Positions 38,471 through 47,678 of a stretch of DNA of 64,000 nucleotides are shown here, piece by piece (within the stretch, counting starts at the first letter, position 1; each line of letters starts with the position of its first letter). Source of the stretch: an uncultured Sulfolobales archaeon (GTDB lineage Archaea; Thermoproteota; Thermoprotei_A; Sulfolobales; NBVN01); NCBI GenBank assembly GCA_938017505.1, contig CALIKV010000027.1:4521-68520 (forward strand), read 5' to 3'. The notes beneath the pieces were generated by a model. The model had not been told where the DNA came from. It did no database searches and was given only the letters and a program-made list of their open reading frames with translations. The translations under genes and the position numbers were made by a program.

Positions 38471-39304
38471 ATGAAGGCGAAGACCGCAACGCTCACCCTC
38501 GCTTCGCTAGCCGTCTTAGTTCTATACTTATACGCGTTGGTAAGTGACTCCACTGAAGCGTGGGTGCTTATCACAGAGTTAGGAGGCGAGTACGCTTATA
38601 TCGCTCTATTTTTAATCCTCTACGTGTTCATCGACGGCGAGCTAGCGCTTCATGCGCTCTTGATAACGCTGACCTCAATCGCTCTTAACGGCGTTCTCAA
38701 GGGTTATTTTAGAATCCCAAGACCTTCCGGAGGAAGGGTTGTAGAGGAAGGATACTCATTCCCGAGCAGGCATGCTTCAACCTCATCTACGTTCTGGAGT
38801 TATGTAGCGGTTCGGGTTAAGGACTCGCTCTCAGCTCTACTCGCATCACTGCTAGTGTTCTCGATAGCCTACTCGAGAATTGCCTTAGGCGTTCATACCC
38901 CTATGGACGTAGGTGCGGGGGTGTTAATAGGGCTTACGACAGGAGCTCTCTACAGCATGACCTCAAAACGTAAACCCCTAGAGGCATATCACGTCACCCT
39001 CTTACTAGGTATGGTTGTAAGCGTTGTGATGGGCTTGGTTTACGCTGACTACATGGCGTGGAAGGTGCTCGGGCTTCTGTTCTCGCTAGTATTCTACACT
39101 AAAGTTAGGGGAGGCATAAAGCTCCTTAACTCCTCTAGGACCTCCGTTAAGGCATTCTGTCTGCTGGGTAGTTTAGTTATTGGCTTGCTGACGTTGTTCT
39201 TAGTTCCTTCAACGAATGAGGTGATTTCGGTGATTAAGTATTTCCTTGTGGGTGTTGCCTTGATCTATACGCCCCTACTGCTAACAAGGCGTTTCAGGAG
39301 ATGA
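38471..39304 (+). CDS. PAP2-family membrane phosphatase
   Basis: The three PAP2 motifs: KGYFRIPRP, PSRHAS, SRIALGVHTPMDV. Confidence 0.85.
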   Translation: MKAKTATLTLASLAVLVLYLYALVSDSTEAWVLITELGGEYAYIALFLILYVFIDGELALHALLITLTSIALNGVLKGYFRIPRPSGGRVVEEGYSFPSRHASTSSTFWSYVAVRVKDSLSALLASLLVFSIAYSRIALGVHTPMDVGAGVLIGLTTGALYSMTSKRKPLEAYHVTLLLGMVVSVVMGLVYADYMAWKVLGLLFSLVFYTKVRGGIKLLNSSRTSVKAFCLLGSLVIGLLTLFLVPSTNEVISVIKYFLVGVALIYTPLLLTRRFRR

Positions 39305-39412
39305 CCACGTTTTTAAGCCGAGGAACTAAAGTTATATGGAAGCCCCTCCAGAAGTCTTGATATGATGTAAGCTCCCCTTGCCTGAAGACGTGATGTCTCC
39401 GACATCGGCTGA

Positions 39413-40558
39413 TCAATCCTTGTTAATCACGTAGAAGCCATTCATCACCGGCACCCTGAAGATGGAGCTTACCTCAATCAACCAAGCGAACGGCGTTATC
39501 AGAAAGTACTTGAGTCTCCTAGACTTATAGACGCCGTAAACGTATATGGACCAATGGTAAAGCACGTTTAACGCGAGAAGTGACAGCAGATACGCGTTGT
39601 AATTGGCGAATATGATCACAGTTACCACAGCGATTATCCCGACGACCCAGGTGAAGGACCTAGCTATTATTAATATCCTCATCAGGTTTGGCGCGTGTCT
39701 TAAATCACCCATAATCCCCTTAAACCACCTGGCCCTCTGCATTTGGAGATCGCCCAGGCTGTTCGGAGATTTAATGCTTACGAGAGTGCTTGATTGCCAC
39801 GTCTTGTACCCTCTCTTAACAAGCTCTACTGCGATCTTAAAGTCCTCAGTGAGTGACGCTGGCTCGAGGTCAAGCTCCCTCAGGACGTCTCCCTTAACCC
39901 CAAGCAGCTCTCCATGTAACCCTAAGAATGGCGATCCTACGAGGCCTGTGAAGAACCTGTAGAGAGTCAGATCGTTGAAGTATCTCATCCAATCGATTAT
40001 GTAGGCAACCGTTGAACAACCCTTTCTAGGCTTGAGTATCGGATTGAAAGCCACGTACCCTCTCTCCTCATAGTATGGTATCTCATAAAGGAAGTCATCG
40101 CTTAAGATCAAATTATCGTCATCGAGGAAAACGTACCAGTTCCTTGAATCGACGAAGCGCTCTATAAAGTAACGCATAGCCCTCGCCTTACCTTTCCAGA
40201 ATGCCATGTAGTTGGTGGGCACAACAACCAGTTTAATGCGGGGATCTAATAACGCCTGTTTACTTAGGTAGTGCATTAACGTGGCACCCTCATCGACAAC
40301 CACCCACGTTGCGTAGCTCTTAAACTTCCAGCGTAGGTGAGTTAACGACTCTCTTAAAGCGTTCCTAACCCTCTCGTCACCAACGGTAACTAGCACAAAC
40401 TCGACGTTGTCAATCCTATGAGGCTTCCTCCCGGGCCTATACGTCACATAACCTATGGACCCAGCTATTATGAAGAAGTAGGCAACGGACAGGGTTACGT
40501 ATATGGGGATCATCAGGATGGACTGGTTAGAGAACGTGTCAAACCCTTCGCTCACCAT
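39413..40558 (-). CDS. membrane glycosyltransferase family 2 (processive-type QxxRW)
   Basis: Trimmed from track ORF 39413-40708 to ATG 40558 (MVSEGFDTF), which has TATA-like TTTAAAAGG/TTTTATTTAT 25-45 nt upstream. Motifs FLDDDN and QRARWFKG. Confidence 0.8.
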   Translation of the reverse strand: MVSEGFDTFSNQSILMIPIYVTLSVAYFFIIAGSIGYVTYRPGRKPHRIDNVEFVLVTVGDERVRNALRESLTHLRWKFKSYATWVVVDEGATLMHYLSKQALLDPRIKLVVVPTNYMAFWKGKARAMRYFIERFVDSRNWYVFLDDDNLILSDDFLYEIPYYEERGYVAFNPILKPRKGCSTVAYIIDWMRYFNDLTLYRFFTGLVGSPFLGLHGELLGVKGDVLRELDLEPASLTEDFKIAVELVKRGYKTWQSSTLVSIKSPNSLGDLQMQRARWFKGIMGDLRHAPNLMRILIIARSFTWVVGIIAVVTVIIFANYNAYLLSLLALNVLYHWSIYVYGVYKSRRLKYFLITPFAWLIEVSSIFRVPVMNGFYVINKD

Positions 40559-40631
40559 TAATACCCGATGACGTATGTAAACGATAAATAAAAGCCTTTT
40601 AAACGTCCTAGCGTTACAACGTGTAGAGGTG

Positions 40632-40742
40632 ATGTGGATGGGAGGTAGGCAGAGAACAACGATCTTCATGTCAAGTGAGTCCAGGGAGGCGCAGAAAGCT
40701 AAGAGCACTGAGACCGCTGAGAAGGCAAAGAGTAAGAAGTGA
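40632..40742 (+). CDS. candidate small basic ORF (34-36 aa)
   Basis: GGTGAT (40628-40633) precedes ATG 40638; an earlier ATG lies at 40632. Encodes M(WM)GGRQRTTIFMSSESREAQKAKSTETAEKAKSKK*. No family recognised. Confidence 0.25.
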   Translation: MWMGGRQRTTIFMSSESREAQKAKSTETAEKAKSKK

Positions 40743-40857
40743 GCTTTAGGTCACTAATCCTCCAGCAGCCCTGAGCCCTTTTCTTCATATGGATAATTCA
40801 ATTAAGCGTGTTTTCTTTAAAACCAAGTAGGTGAGTATATGATATGGTGATTGGTCT

Positions 40858-41502
40858 GTGAGTTCAGGTGAAGATAAGTTAGGTTCCGTGCTGTGGAAGC
40901 TGGTATTGTATATAGTGGTGACGGTCATAATCATGGGAGTTTTAAACTGGTTCTTCAACTACCTGATACCGGATGTGGTGGCCGTTCATAAGGAGTTAAA
41001 GGGGTTACTGGTCTTAAGAGACTATCAGCCGTACGTATACGTGTTGGTTTCGTTGATAATAGGTTGGCTCATTGCGTCTGCGGTGGCGTCGATGTTCTAC
41101 GTAATACTAAAGCCCAGATACGGATCCTCAGCCTCTGCAGCTGTCAGGAGCTTAATTAGAGTTTTAGGTCTAGGGGCGTTGCTGGCTGGCATCGCAGGCG
41201 GCGTTGCAGGCGGGGCTGCAGGAGTCGCCTTAGGAGGCTTCATAGGTTTAGTCATAGGCTTTGCCACACAGCAGATTTTAGGACAGGCTATCGCCGGGAT
41301 GTTCCTACTACTCGCAAGGCCCTTCAAAATAGGGGACGTAATAGACGCGGCAGGCGAGTCGGAGGTTAGAGTGGTCGATATAGGGACGCTTTTCACCGTA
41401 GCTGAGAAGAAGGACGGCAACACGGTGTTGATACCCAGTTCAGCGCTGATAGGCCAGAAGATAGTCTTAAGGAAGCAGTCGCAAGCAAAGCAAGCACAGT
41501 AG
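40858..41502 (+). CDS. small-conductance mechanosensitive channel (MscS family)
   Basis: TM3-beta-domain signature LLLARPFKIGDVIDAAGESEVRVVDIGTLFTVAEKKDGNTVLIPSS. Confidence 0.8.
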   Translation: MSSGEDKLGSVLWKLVLYIVVTVIIMGVLNWFFNYLIPDVVAVHKELKGLLVLRDYQPYVYVLVSLIIGWLIASAVASMFYVILKPRYGSSASAAVRSLIRVLGLGALLAGIAGGVAGGAAGVALGGFIGLVIGFATQQILGQAIAGMFLLLARPFKIGDVIDAAGESEVRVVDIGTLFTVAEKKDGNTVLIPSSALIGQKIVLRKQSQAKQAQ

Positions 41503-41584
41503 TTCAAGCACAGCAGTTTTTACGATTGATTTTTAATGCTTGTCAATATTTAGTCTTGGGTGATCTATTTCGAAGGTCTGGATT

Positions 41585-42070
41585 TTGAGAGACCCGTCTA
41601 GGTGTGTTGGGTGTAGACTCTGTGAGATTGAATGTTCCCTACGACATGAAGGCGTTATATGGCCTTCAGCCTCCAGAATCAGGATATTCGAGCATGTACA
41701 CGGATTCCCAGTACCCTATACATGCGTTCAATGCGATGATTACCCATGCATAGCTGCATGCCCTACGGCGGCTTTAGGAGCTGCCGAGAACGGTGCTGTC
41801 TTAGTCGACGAGGACAGGTGTGTTCTATGTGGGTCCTGCGTTGAGGCCTGTCCTGGAAAAGTCCCAAGAATAGTGGAGGGCAGGAAAGCGGTCATTATAT
41901 GTGACCTCTGCGGCGGCACGCCAGTGTGTGTAGAGGTGTGTGAATCGATGGGCTTCAACGCGTTGAAAGTCGTCCGTAAACCTGGAGGCGATGTCGTTAA
42001 GAGTTACCTGGTCAGCCCGTTCAGCGTTTCCGAGGAACTGGCCGTGAAACTCTCCGTGGTTAGGAGGTGA
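41585..42070 (+). CDS. 4Fe-4S polyferredoxin-type subunit paired with AOR copy 2
   Basis: CVGCRLCEIEC, CVQCDDYPCIAACP, CVLCGSCVEACP, CDLCGGTPVCVEVC. 4-nt overlap with the AOR gene. Confidence 0.85.
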   Translation: MRDPSRCVGCRLCEIECSLRHEGVIWPSASRIRIFEHVHGFPVPYTCVQCDDYPCIAACPTAALGAAENGAVLVDEDRCVLCGSCVEACPGKVPRIVEGRKAVIICDLCGGTPVCVEVCESMGFNALKVVRKPGGDVVKSYLVSPFSVSEELAVKLSVVRR

Positions 42071-43941
42071 CGCCGTTGTACGGGGTGTGGGGTCGGCTAC
42101 TAGATGTTGACTTAGGTTCAGGACTCACTCGAACACTCGAGGTGCCAGAGGAGATCTACAGGAAGTTCATTGGTGGTAGAGGTCTCGCTTCGTGGATCTT
42201 ATGGAAAGAGTTAGGACGTGGGTGGGAGTCTGTAGATCCTCTGAGTCCTCGCAACCCACTCTTGATCCTCACGGGACCTCTCACAGGCTATTACCCCGGG
42301 AGTAAGTTAGTGATTTCAGGGAAATCGCCTCAAAGCGGTGGTGTCGTGGGCTCGACGGTCTCAAGCGAGTTAGGCATCGAATTGAAGGCAGTCGGTTACG
42401 ACGGGTTGATCTTGAGAGGTTCTTCAGAGAGCCCTGTATACGTGTACGTGGATGATGATGGTGTTCAACTAAGGGATGCCAATATCCTATGGGGCATGGG
42501 AGGGCTTAAGTTAGTGAGCGCTTTAAACAAGCTGTTATCCAGTGACGTGAAGGTTGAGAAAGGCCTCGATACGCTTCCGCATTACATTTACATAGGACCT
42601 GCCGGGGAGAACCTAGTGAGGAGCGCCGTCGTCATGAGTAAATTGACTCACGCCGCTGGGTACGGTGGATACGGCGCTCTCATGGGTTCTAAGAAAGTTA
42701 AAGCGGTAGTCGTGAAGGGCATGAAACCCATGCCTCCTGTTCGCGATTGGGAGGGCCTGGCAAGCCTATTTAGGGAGGTCGTTAGAGAGCTACGTGATAG
42801 AATGGAGGTCTTCAGACATTGGGGAACTACGGAGGCTCTCTGGACCACGGGCTACGCAACTAGCTCAGAACCTATAAGGAACTGGACTGAGGAATGGCAT
42901 AACGTGCGTGATTTTTCTCACGCAGTCCTTGAGAGGAGGTGCTGGGTTAGGAACTTATGGAGTGATTGGGGTTGTCCTATATCATGTATGAAGGTCAGCA
43001 GGGTTGTCAGAGGTGATGAAACGTACGTGAGCGATGGCCCTGACTACGAAATGGGCGCTTACCTGGGGAGTGACTTAGGAATCTTCGAGGTGGATTCGGT
43101 GGTGATGCTTTCAGCGCTTGCGGACGAGCTGGGTCTATGCGGTATCCAGACAGGAAACGTGTTGGGGTTCGCTGCGGAGCTCTTTGAGAAGGGATACATA
43201 TCGAGGGAGGAAGTAGGGTGTTCATTGGAATGGGGGGCTGTGGAATGCTTTAAGAAGTTGATGCTGGACATAGCGTATAGGAGAGGTCTAGGAGATATAC
43301 TGGCTGAGGGAACCTATAGAGCCGCGCTGAAGCTCAGTGAAGTTAAAGGAGTTAACCTGCTTAAGTACGCGGTCCAAGTCAAGGGTATTGGAGTGGGGGC
43401 TCACGGGATCAGAAGCGGTCTAGACTACCCGCAGAAGATAGCCTACGCGGCCTCTGTTCAGGGCGGTGATCACACGTCAACAGCAGGACTGCCTCTTAAG
43501 TCAACGGAGTCAGAGGCTTACGCCGCGTTACTGGACAGCGCAATCTTATGCATCTTCAACACAGTGGGGAGTGACAAGTTAGTTAAATACCTGAACTTAG
43601 TCACTGGATGGGACCTCACGGAGGACGACTTATACGCAGCCGGCATTAGAATACTGACGTTGCAGAGGGTCCTCCTCTTGCTTGGGGGGCCTGATGTGTT
43701 CTGGGATCCCAGGATACATGATGAGAACCCTGAGAGATTCTACGAACCGCTTCCCACAGGACCTCAAGCAGGCAAGGCCCCAAGCAAGCACGAGGTTAGG
43801 GAGGGCTTAGGGAGGTACTACTCGGAACTGGGATGGGATGAATTAGGGATACCGAAGGAGGAGACCCTGGACGTGTTGGGTTTAAGCGAACTGAAGGACG
43901 CGTTAGAAAAAATACGAAGGAGGCTTGAGTTAAACGCATAG
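42067..43941 (+). CDS. aldehyde:ferredoxin oxidoreductase family enzyme, copy 2
   Basis: 624 aa. LLDVDLGSG...FIGGRGLASWIL N-terminus, AOR-like domain order. Confidence 0.9.
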   Translation: MTPLYGVWGRLLDVDLGSGLTRTLEVPEEIYRKFIGGRGLASWILWKELGRGWESVDPLSPRNPLLILTGPLTGYYPGSKLVISGKSPQSGGVVGSTVSSELGIELKAVGYDGLILRGSSESPVYVYVDDDGVQLRDANILWGMGGLKLVSALNKLLSSDVKVEKGLDTLPHYIYIGPAGENLVRSAVVMSKLTHAAGYGGYGALMGSKKVKAVVVKGMKPMPPVRDWEGLASLFREVVRELRDRMEVFRHWGTTEALWTTGYATSSEPIRNWTEEWHNVRDFSHAVLERRCWVRNLWSDWGCPISCMKVSRVVRGDETYVSDGPDYEMGAYLGSDLGIFEVDSVVMLSALADELGLCGIQTGNVLGFAAELFEKGYISREEVGCSLEWGAVECFKKLMLDIAYRRGLGDILAEGTYRAALKLSEVKGVNLLKYAVQVKGIGVGAHGIRSGLDYPQKIAYAASVQGGDHTSTAGLPLKSTESEAYAALLDSAILCIFNTVGSDKLVKYLNLVTGWDLTEDDLYAAGIRILTLQRVLLLLGGPDVFWDPRIHDENPERFYEPLPTGPQAGKAPSKHEVREGLGRYYSELGWDELGIPKEETLDVLGLSELKDALEKIRRRLELNA

Positions 43942-43948
43942 AGTATGT

Positions 43949-44167
43949 GTGAAGCTTTCGGAGAGCCTAGGTGGAGTGGAGGAATGCCTGAACCTAGAGG
44001 GATGCGCTAGTCTAAGGGACGTGATAGATAAGGTAATTAAGGGTGTTGGCCTGGACGTCAGTCTGGAGGTTATAGTTGCCAGTGATGGTATGAGGTCGTT
44101 AAATCTAGACGAGAGTATATGTGGTTATAGCGAGATAGTTGTGTACAGGTTAGTTCGCGGCGGCTAA
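43949..44167 (+). CDS. MoaD/ThiS-like ubiquitin-fold protein ending in Gly-Gly
   Basis: 72 aa, C-terminus ...VVYRLVRGG* directly before the stop. Lies 7 nt after AOR copy 2. Confidence 0.7.
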   Translation: MKLSESLGGVEECLNLEGCASLRDVIDKVIKGVGLDVSLEVIVASDGMRSLNLDESICGYSEIVVYRLVRGG

Positions 44168-44374
44168 AACAATTGCTAGAACTGTCCTAAGTTTGTGGGG
44201 TTTGTGTTGGTCAGTTTAAGCTCTACAAGCCGTTGCTGATCAAAGACGACCGATAACGAGGACAGGACCAACAAACCCAAGATCAAACACCACTCTAAAA
44301 AGCTGAAAGTATCGGGACCTCTTATTCTGACGGGCTCAATAACCTTAATCCCGATCCGTAAGAAAGTCAGTAAG

Positions 44375-45394
44375 TTATTGTTTCTCCTGGAAGAGCCTAG
44401 TGCTGAAGTACCTGGCAGCGTAGTCAGGGAGTATGGTGACTACTTTCTTGCCTTCCCCTAGGTTGAACCTTCTAGCTGTCTTAATCGCCGCTACAACGTT
44501 GGCGCCGGAGGATATGCCTACGGCTAGACCCTCGAGTCTGGCAAGCATCCTAGACATGTCGATGGCCTCCTTCGACGTCACTACCTCGAAGTGATCTATG
44601 AGATGGCGATACCTCCTGATTATATTAGGTATGAAACCATCGCCGACGCCCTCTATCTCATGCCTCCCCCACGGTCCTTCAACACCTTTGTAGAACCAGT
44701 GGTAGGCTACAGGGCATTCAGCAGGCTCCGCACCCACTATCAAGGTCTTCGGATTAATTTCCTTAAGCCTCTTAGCTATACCGATTAGAGTGCCACCCGT
44801 TCCCTCATGAGCGACGAAAGCATCCACCGGGCCTAACTGCTCAGCTATTTCCTTACCCGTGGTTTCATAGTGGGCTTCGACGTTAGCGTCATCATCCCAT
44901 TGATCCAGAAAAACATACTTGCTTGGATCTCTCTCCTCAAGCTCCTTACCGTATTTTAGGGCTTTGAAGGCGTCGGACTCCCCGCCGGGAACCTTAACTA
45001 TTTCCGCACCATAAAGACTGATCAGCTTAAATCTCTCCTCACTCATCTCCTCTGGGATGACTATAAGTACCTTATAACCTAAAGCAGCGCCGAGCGACGC
45101 GAAGGCTATCCCCGTGTTTCCAGTGGTTGCGATCACCATGGTCTTACCCTTACTTAACCTACCCTCCCTCTCAGCCTTCCTGATCATGTAGAGAGCCATC
45201 CTATCCTTAACACTGCCTGAAGGGTTCAGGAACTCTAACTTAACCCAGATCTCGGCCTTCACGTCCTCTGGAACAACCTTCCGTAACTTAATTATAGGCG
45301 TCTGCCCGATTACGTCGATTAGGGACTGTCCAACCCTCAAGCCAGTCACCGAGAAATAACCAGGTGTGCTTATATAAACTTGGTGATCTCTCAC
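44375..45394 (-). CDS. cysteine synthase / cystathionine-beta-synthase-family PLP enzyme
   Basis: PLP-lysine motif NPSGSVKDRMA, TTGNTGIA loop, GTGGT. Confidence 0.8.
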   Translation of the reverse strand: MRDHQVYISTPGYFSVTGLRVGQSLIDVIGQTPIIKLRKVVPEDVKAEIWVKLEFLNPSGSVKDRMALYMIRKAEREGRLSKGKTMVIATTGNTGIAFASLGAALGYKVLIVIPEEMSEERFKLISLYGAEIVKVPGGESDAFKALKYGKELEERDPSKYVFLDQWDDDANVEAHYETTGKEIAEQLGPVDAFVAHEGTGGTLIGIAKRLKEINPKTLIVGAEPAECPVAYHWFYKGVEGPWGRHEIEGVGDGFIPNIIRRYRHLIDHFEVVTSKEAIDMSRMLARLEGLAVGISSGANVVAAIKTARRFNLGEGKKVVTILPDYAARYFSTRLFQEKQ

Positions 45395-46911
45395 GTTAAT
45401 CCCAACGCGAGTCCGTCCCCTCTAATGTCAACGTACGCTGCTTTAACTTTCTTAGCAGTTATTTCAGCAGCTGCAGCCACTCCAAGTCTTGATGGGTATT
45501 TGACCCTTCTTAAGGCGCACCTGCTTACCTCTCCCGCCTCGAAACCCTCTTCAAGCTCAACCACATTAGTTCCAGGATGCCACACAAACCTTGGATGTTC
45601 TATAGCTTCCTGCGGATTCATCATGTACTTAAAGACGTTTTCAAAGATTTCCGCATGAAGCTGTGGTCTGAAGTGTCCTCCCGAGAGACCCAGCGCCATC
45701 TCCCTGTCTTTAGAGAATATGATCATAGCTGAGAGGGTGTGTAACGGCCTTTTCATCGGTGCTAATGAGTTCGGATGATCGGGAATCAGGTTAAAAGACG
45801 AGGCCCTGCAGTTCAATGTTATGTCGTAGGTGGGTTCAGTGATCTTAGACCCGAATGGGTAGAAGAGGGATTGGATTCCTGAGACTATGGAGCCGCTCTC
45901 GTCAATGACTGTGAAGTAAGTCGTATCCCCGTCCTCTCTTAAATTAATATCCATACTAACCCCCTTGCTTATGAAATCGTCCTTAAGCAACTCGCTCACG
46001 TCAACCTTCATAAAGCGCGGGTCACCAACATGCATGTCCCTGAGCCTGTACAGAGTCTCAAAGAGACGAAGATACACGCTAACCCTCTTCAGCGACGTAG
46101 GACTCCCAACACTAACGGCCTTAAGGAGTTTCAGCGCCTGCAACGTCGTTACCCCCTGCGTGTTAGGAGGCATCTCATAAACTAAAAGATCGTCAAGCTG
46201 TAACTTAATAGGCTCGCCTAACTCGGCTTGGAACCCCCGCATGTCTTCGTAATCAAGAACGCCTCCTGCAGCCCTCACGTAGCTGGAAATCTTGACGGCC
46301 ACGTCGCCTTCATAGAAGCTTCTAGGGTCATCACGGATCGCTTCCAGAGCCTTTAACATCCCGTCAAATCTGATGACACCTCCCTGTGAGTAAAAGCGTG
46401 TTGTCCTGAAGTACGTTTTCCTAGATCCTTCGTCTCTAATCAGAGTTTCTCTGAGGCTATTTAGAGCTGTGGCAAGGCTTGGTGATGCTGGGAAGCCGTC
46501 CTTAATCATGTTAATAACTAAACCAACCAGCTTATTCCACTCAATCACGCCGAACCTCCTCCACATGATTCTAAGCCCGTCAACCATCCCAGGCACAACC
46601 ACGGAGAGAGGCCCTTCCAAAGGTATTTCATTAAGTCCTAGGGATTTAAGGCGCTCTATGCTCATTCTTGAAGGCGCGTATCCGGAACCGTTAACGAACG
46701 TGACTTTACCTTCAGGATCCTTAATGAGGGCGAAGAAATCGCCTCCAAGCCCTCCTAAGTGAGGTAACGTGACGGAGAGCGCGAGCGACGTAGCCACAGA
46801 AGCATCAACTGCGTTACCGCCGAGCTTGAGAACCTCAACACCAATAGAGGAAGCTAGTGTCGACTCGCTGGCGACGACCCCCTTTAAGGAGTAGAAAGGA
46901 GCACGGAACAT
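45391..46911 (-). CDS. ggt: gamma-glutamyltranspeptidase
   Basis: 506 aa. Autoprocessing/nucleophile context GDTTYFTVID and GGLGGDFF. 4-nt overlap with the downstream cysteine synthase gene. Confidence 0.85.
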   Translation of the reverse strand: MFRAPFYSLKGVVASESTLASSIGVEVLKLGGNAVDASVATSLALSVTLPHLGGLGGDFFALIKDPEGKVTFVNGSGYAPSRMSIERLKSLGLNEIPLEGPLSVVVPGMVDGLRIMWRRFGVIEWNKLVGLVINMIKDGFPASPSLATALNSLRETLIRDEGSRKTYFRTTRFYSQGGVIRFDGMLKALEAIRDDPRSFYEGDVAVKISSYVRAAGGVLDYEDMRGFQAELGEPIKLQLDDLLVYEMPPNTQGVTTLQALKLLKAVSVGSPTSLKRVSVYLRLFETLYRLRDMHVGDPRFMKVDVSELLKDDFISKGVSMDINLREDGDTTYFTVIDESGSIVSGIQSLFYPFGSKITEPTYDITLNCRASSFNLIPDHPNSLAPMKRPLHTLSAMIIFSKDREMALGLSGGHFRPQLHAEIFENVFKYMMNPQEAIEHPRFVWHPGTNVVELEEGFEAGEVSRCALRRVKYPSRLGVAAAAEITAKKVKAAYVDIRGDGLALGLT

Positions 46912-46969
46912 CTACCCACACCCACCAACTAAGTCTAGAGCTAGAATTTAAGTGAGTTGGTGTGGGTTC

Positions 46970-47295
46970 TCGTGGGCGGTGCCAGCTATAGCCCGCCTTC
47001 AGTACTGCGGCGGCATTGAGCTTAACGGCCTACCCGCGCCTCACGCGACCCTCATCGGCGCTGCTTGGCCTTACTCCCGGGGAGTCAGCCGTTTCAACGC
47101 ATCCGTCCTCATACTCAGCGGGTTACTGACGCCTCGTTGCCGAGGCGTCCTCACCCCCTCATGGACATCCGAGGACGGCCGTGTCGTTTCTGTGCTGGAG
47201 CTATGGGTCTCCCCACACCCCTTACGGGGTCCCCGCGTCGCGTGGAGGGCGGTGCTTCCTCAGGGATCGCCCCGTGGCCGCCAGCTGGCTCCGCC
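46970..47295 (-). ncRNA. rnpB: RNase P RNA, full-length (type A-like)
   Basis: The minus strand reads GGGCGGAGCCAGCUGG...CUGAGGAAGCACCGCC (CR-I/P4) ...AGCACAGAAACGACACGGCC... ACUCCCCGGGAGUAAGGCCAAGCAG... GCGGGUAGGCCGUUAAGC ... ACUGAAGGCGGGCUAUAGCUGGCACCGCCC (CR-V, P2/P1 closing). Very GC-rich. A TATA box lies 26 nt upstream. Confidence 0.9.
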
Positions 47296-47317
47296 CAATA
47301 CACTGTTGGATACGTCA

Positions 47318-47324
47318 CTTATAA
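47318..47324 (-). promoter_or_regulatory. TATA box of the RNase P RNA gene
   Basis: TTTATAA on the minus strand is centred 26 nt upstream of the first G of the P1 helix (47295). Confidence 0.6.
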
Positions 47325-47678
47325 ACGGTCACAGATTAAGCAATTGTAAATACAGCGTGTAATAGTTCTAAAAGTCTGAGACAACTACGAAAGACTGTAA
47401 ATACCTCACTAATACATTAGTGCTTTGACCCTCAGTGTAACCGTTCTCTGGCAGGAGGTCATTTACCTTACTTCAGCGTCTTTGCTATAGTTGCTTCAGG
47501 TTCTCGCTCAGCCGGGCGTAATGCCCGCCTTGCGTCACAGGAAAAACATCCGACAACAGGATATTACTATGATGGTTTAAAGTATGAGGAGGGTGCGGAT
47601 TTCCTTAATTCTTGCGTTACGTTTGCTTCAAGAGAATGCTATATAAGCTTGAATCTGGGTTATTATTTGGTGTGTCTA

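Noticed and set aside
46952-47362. Two overlapping plus-strand ORFs (136 and 94 aa)
   Set aside because: They lie over the RNase P RNA gene. Their Arg/Pro/Gly-rich translations are a by-product of the GC-rich RNA sequence.
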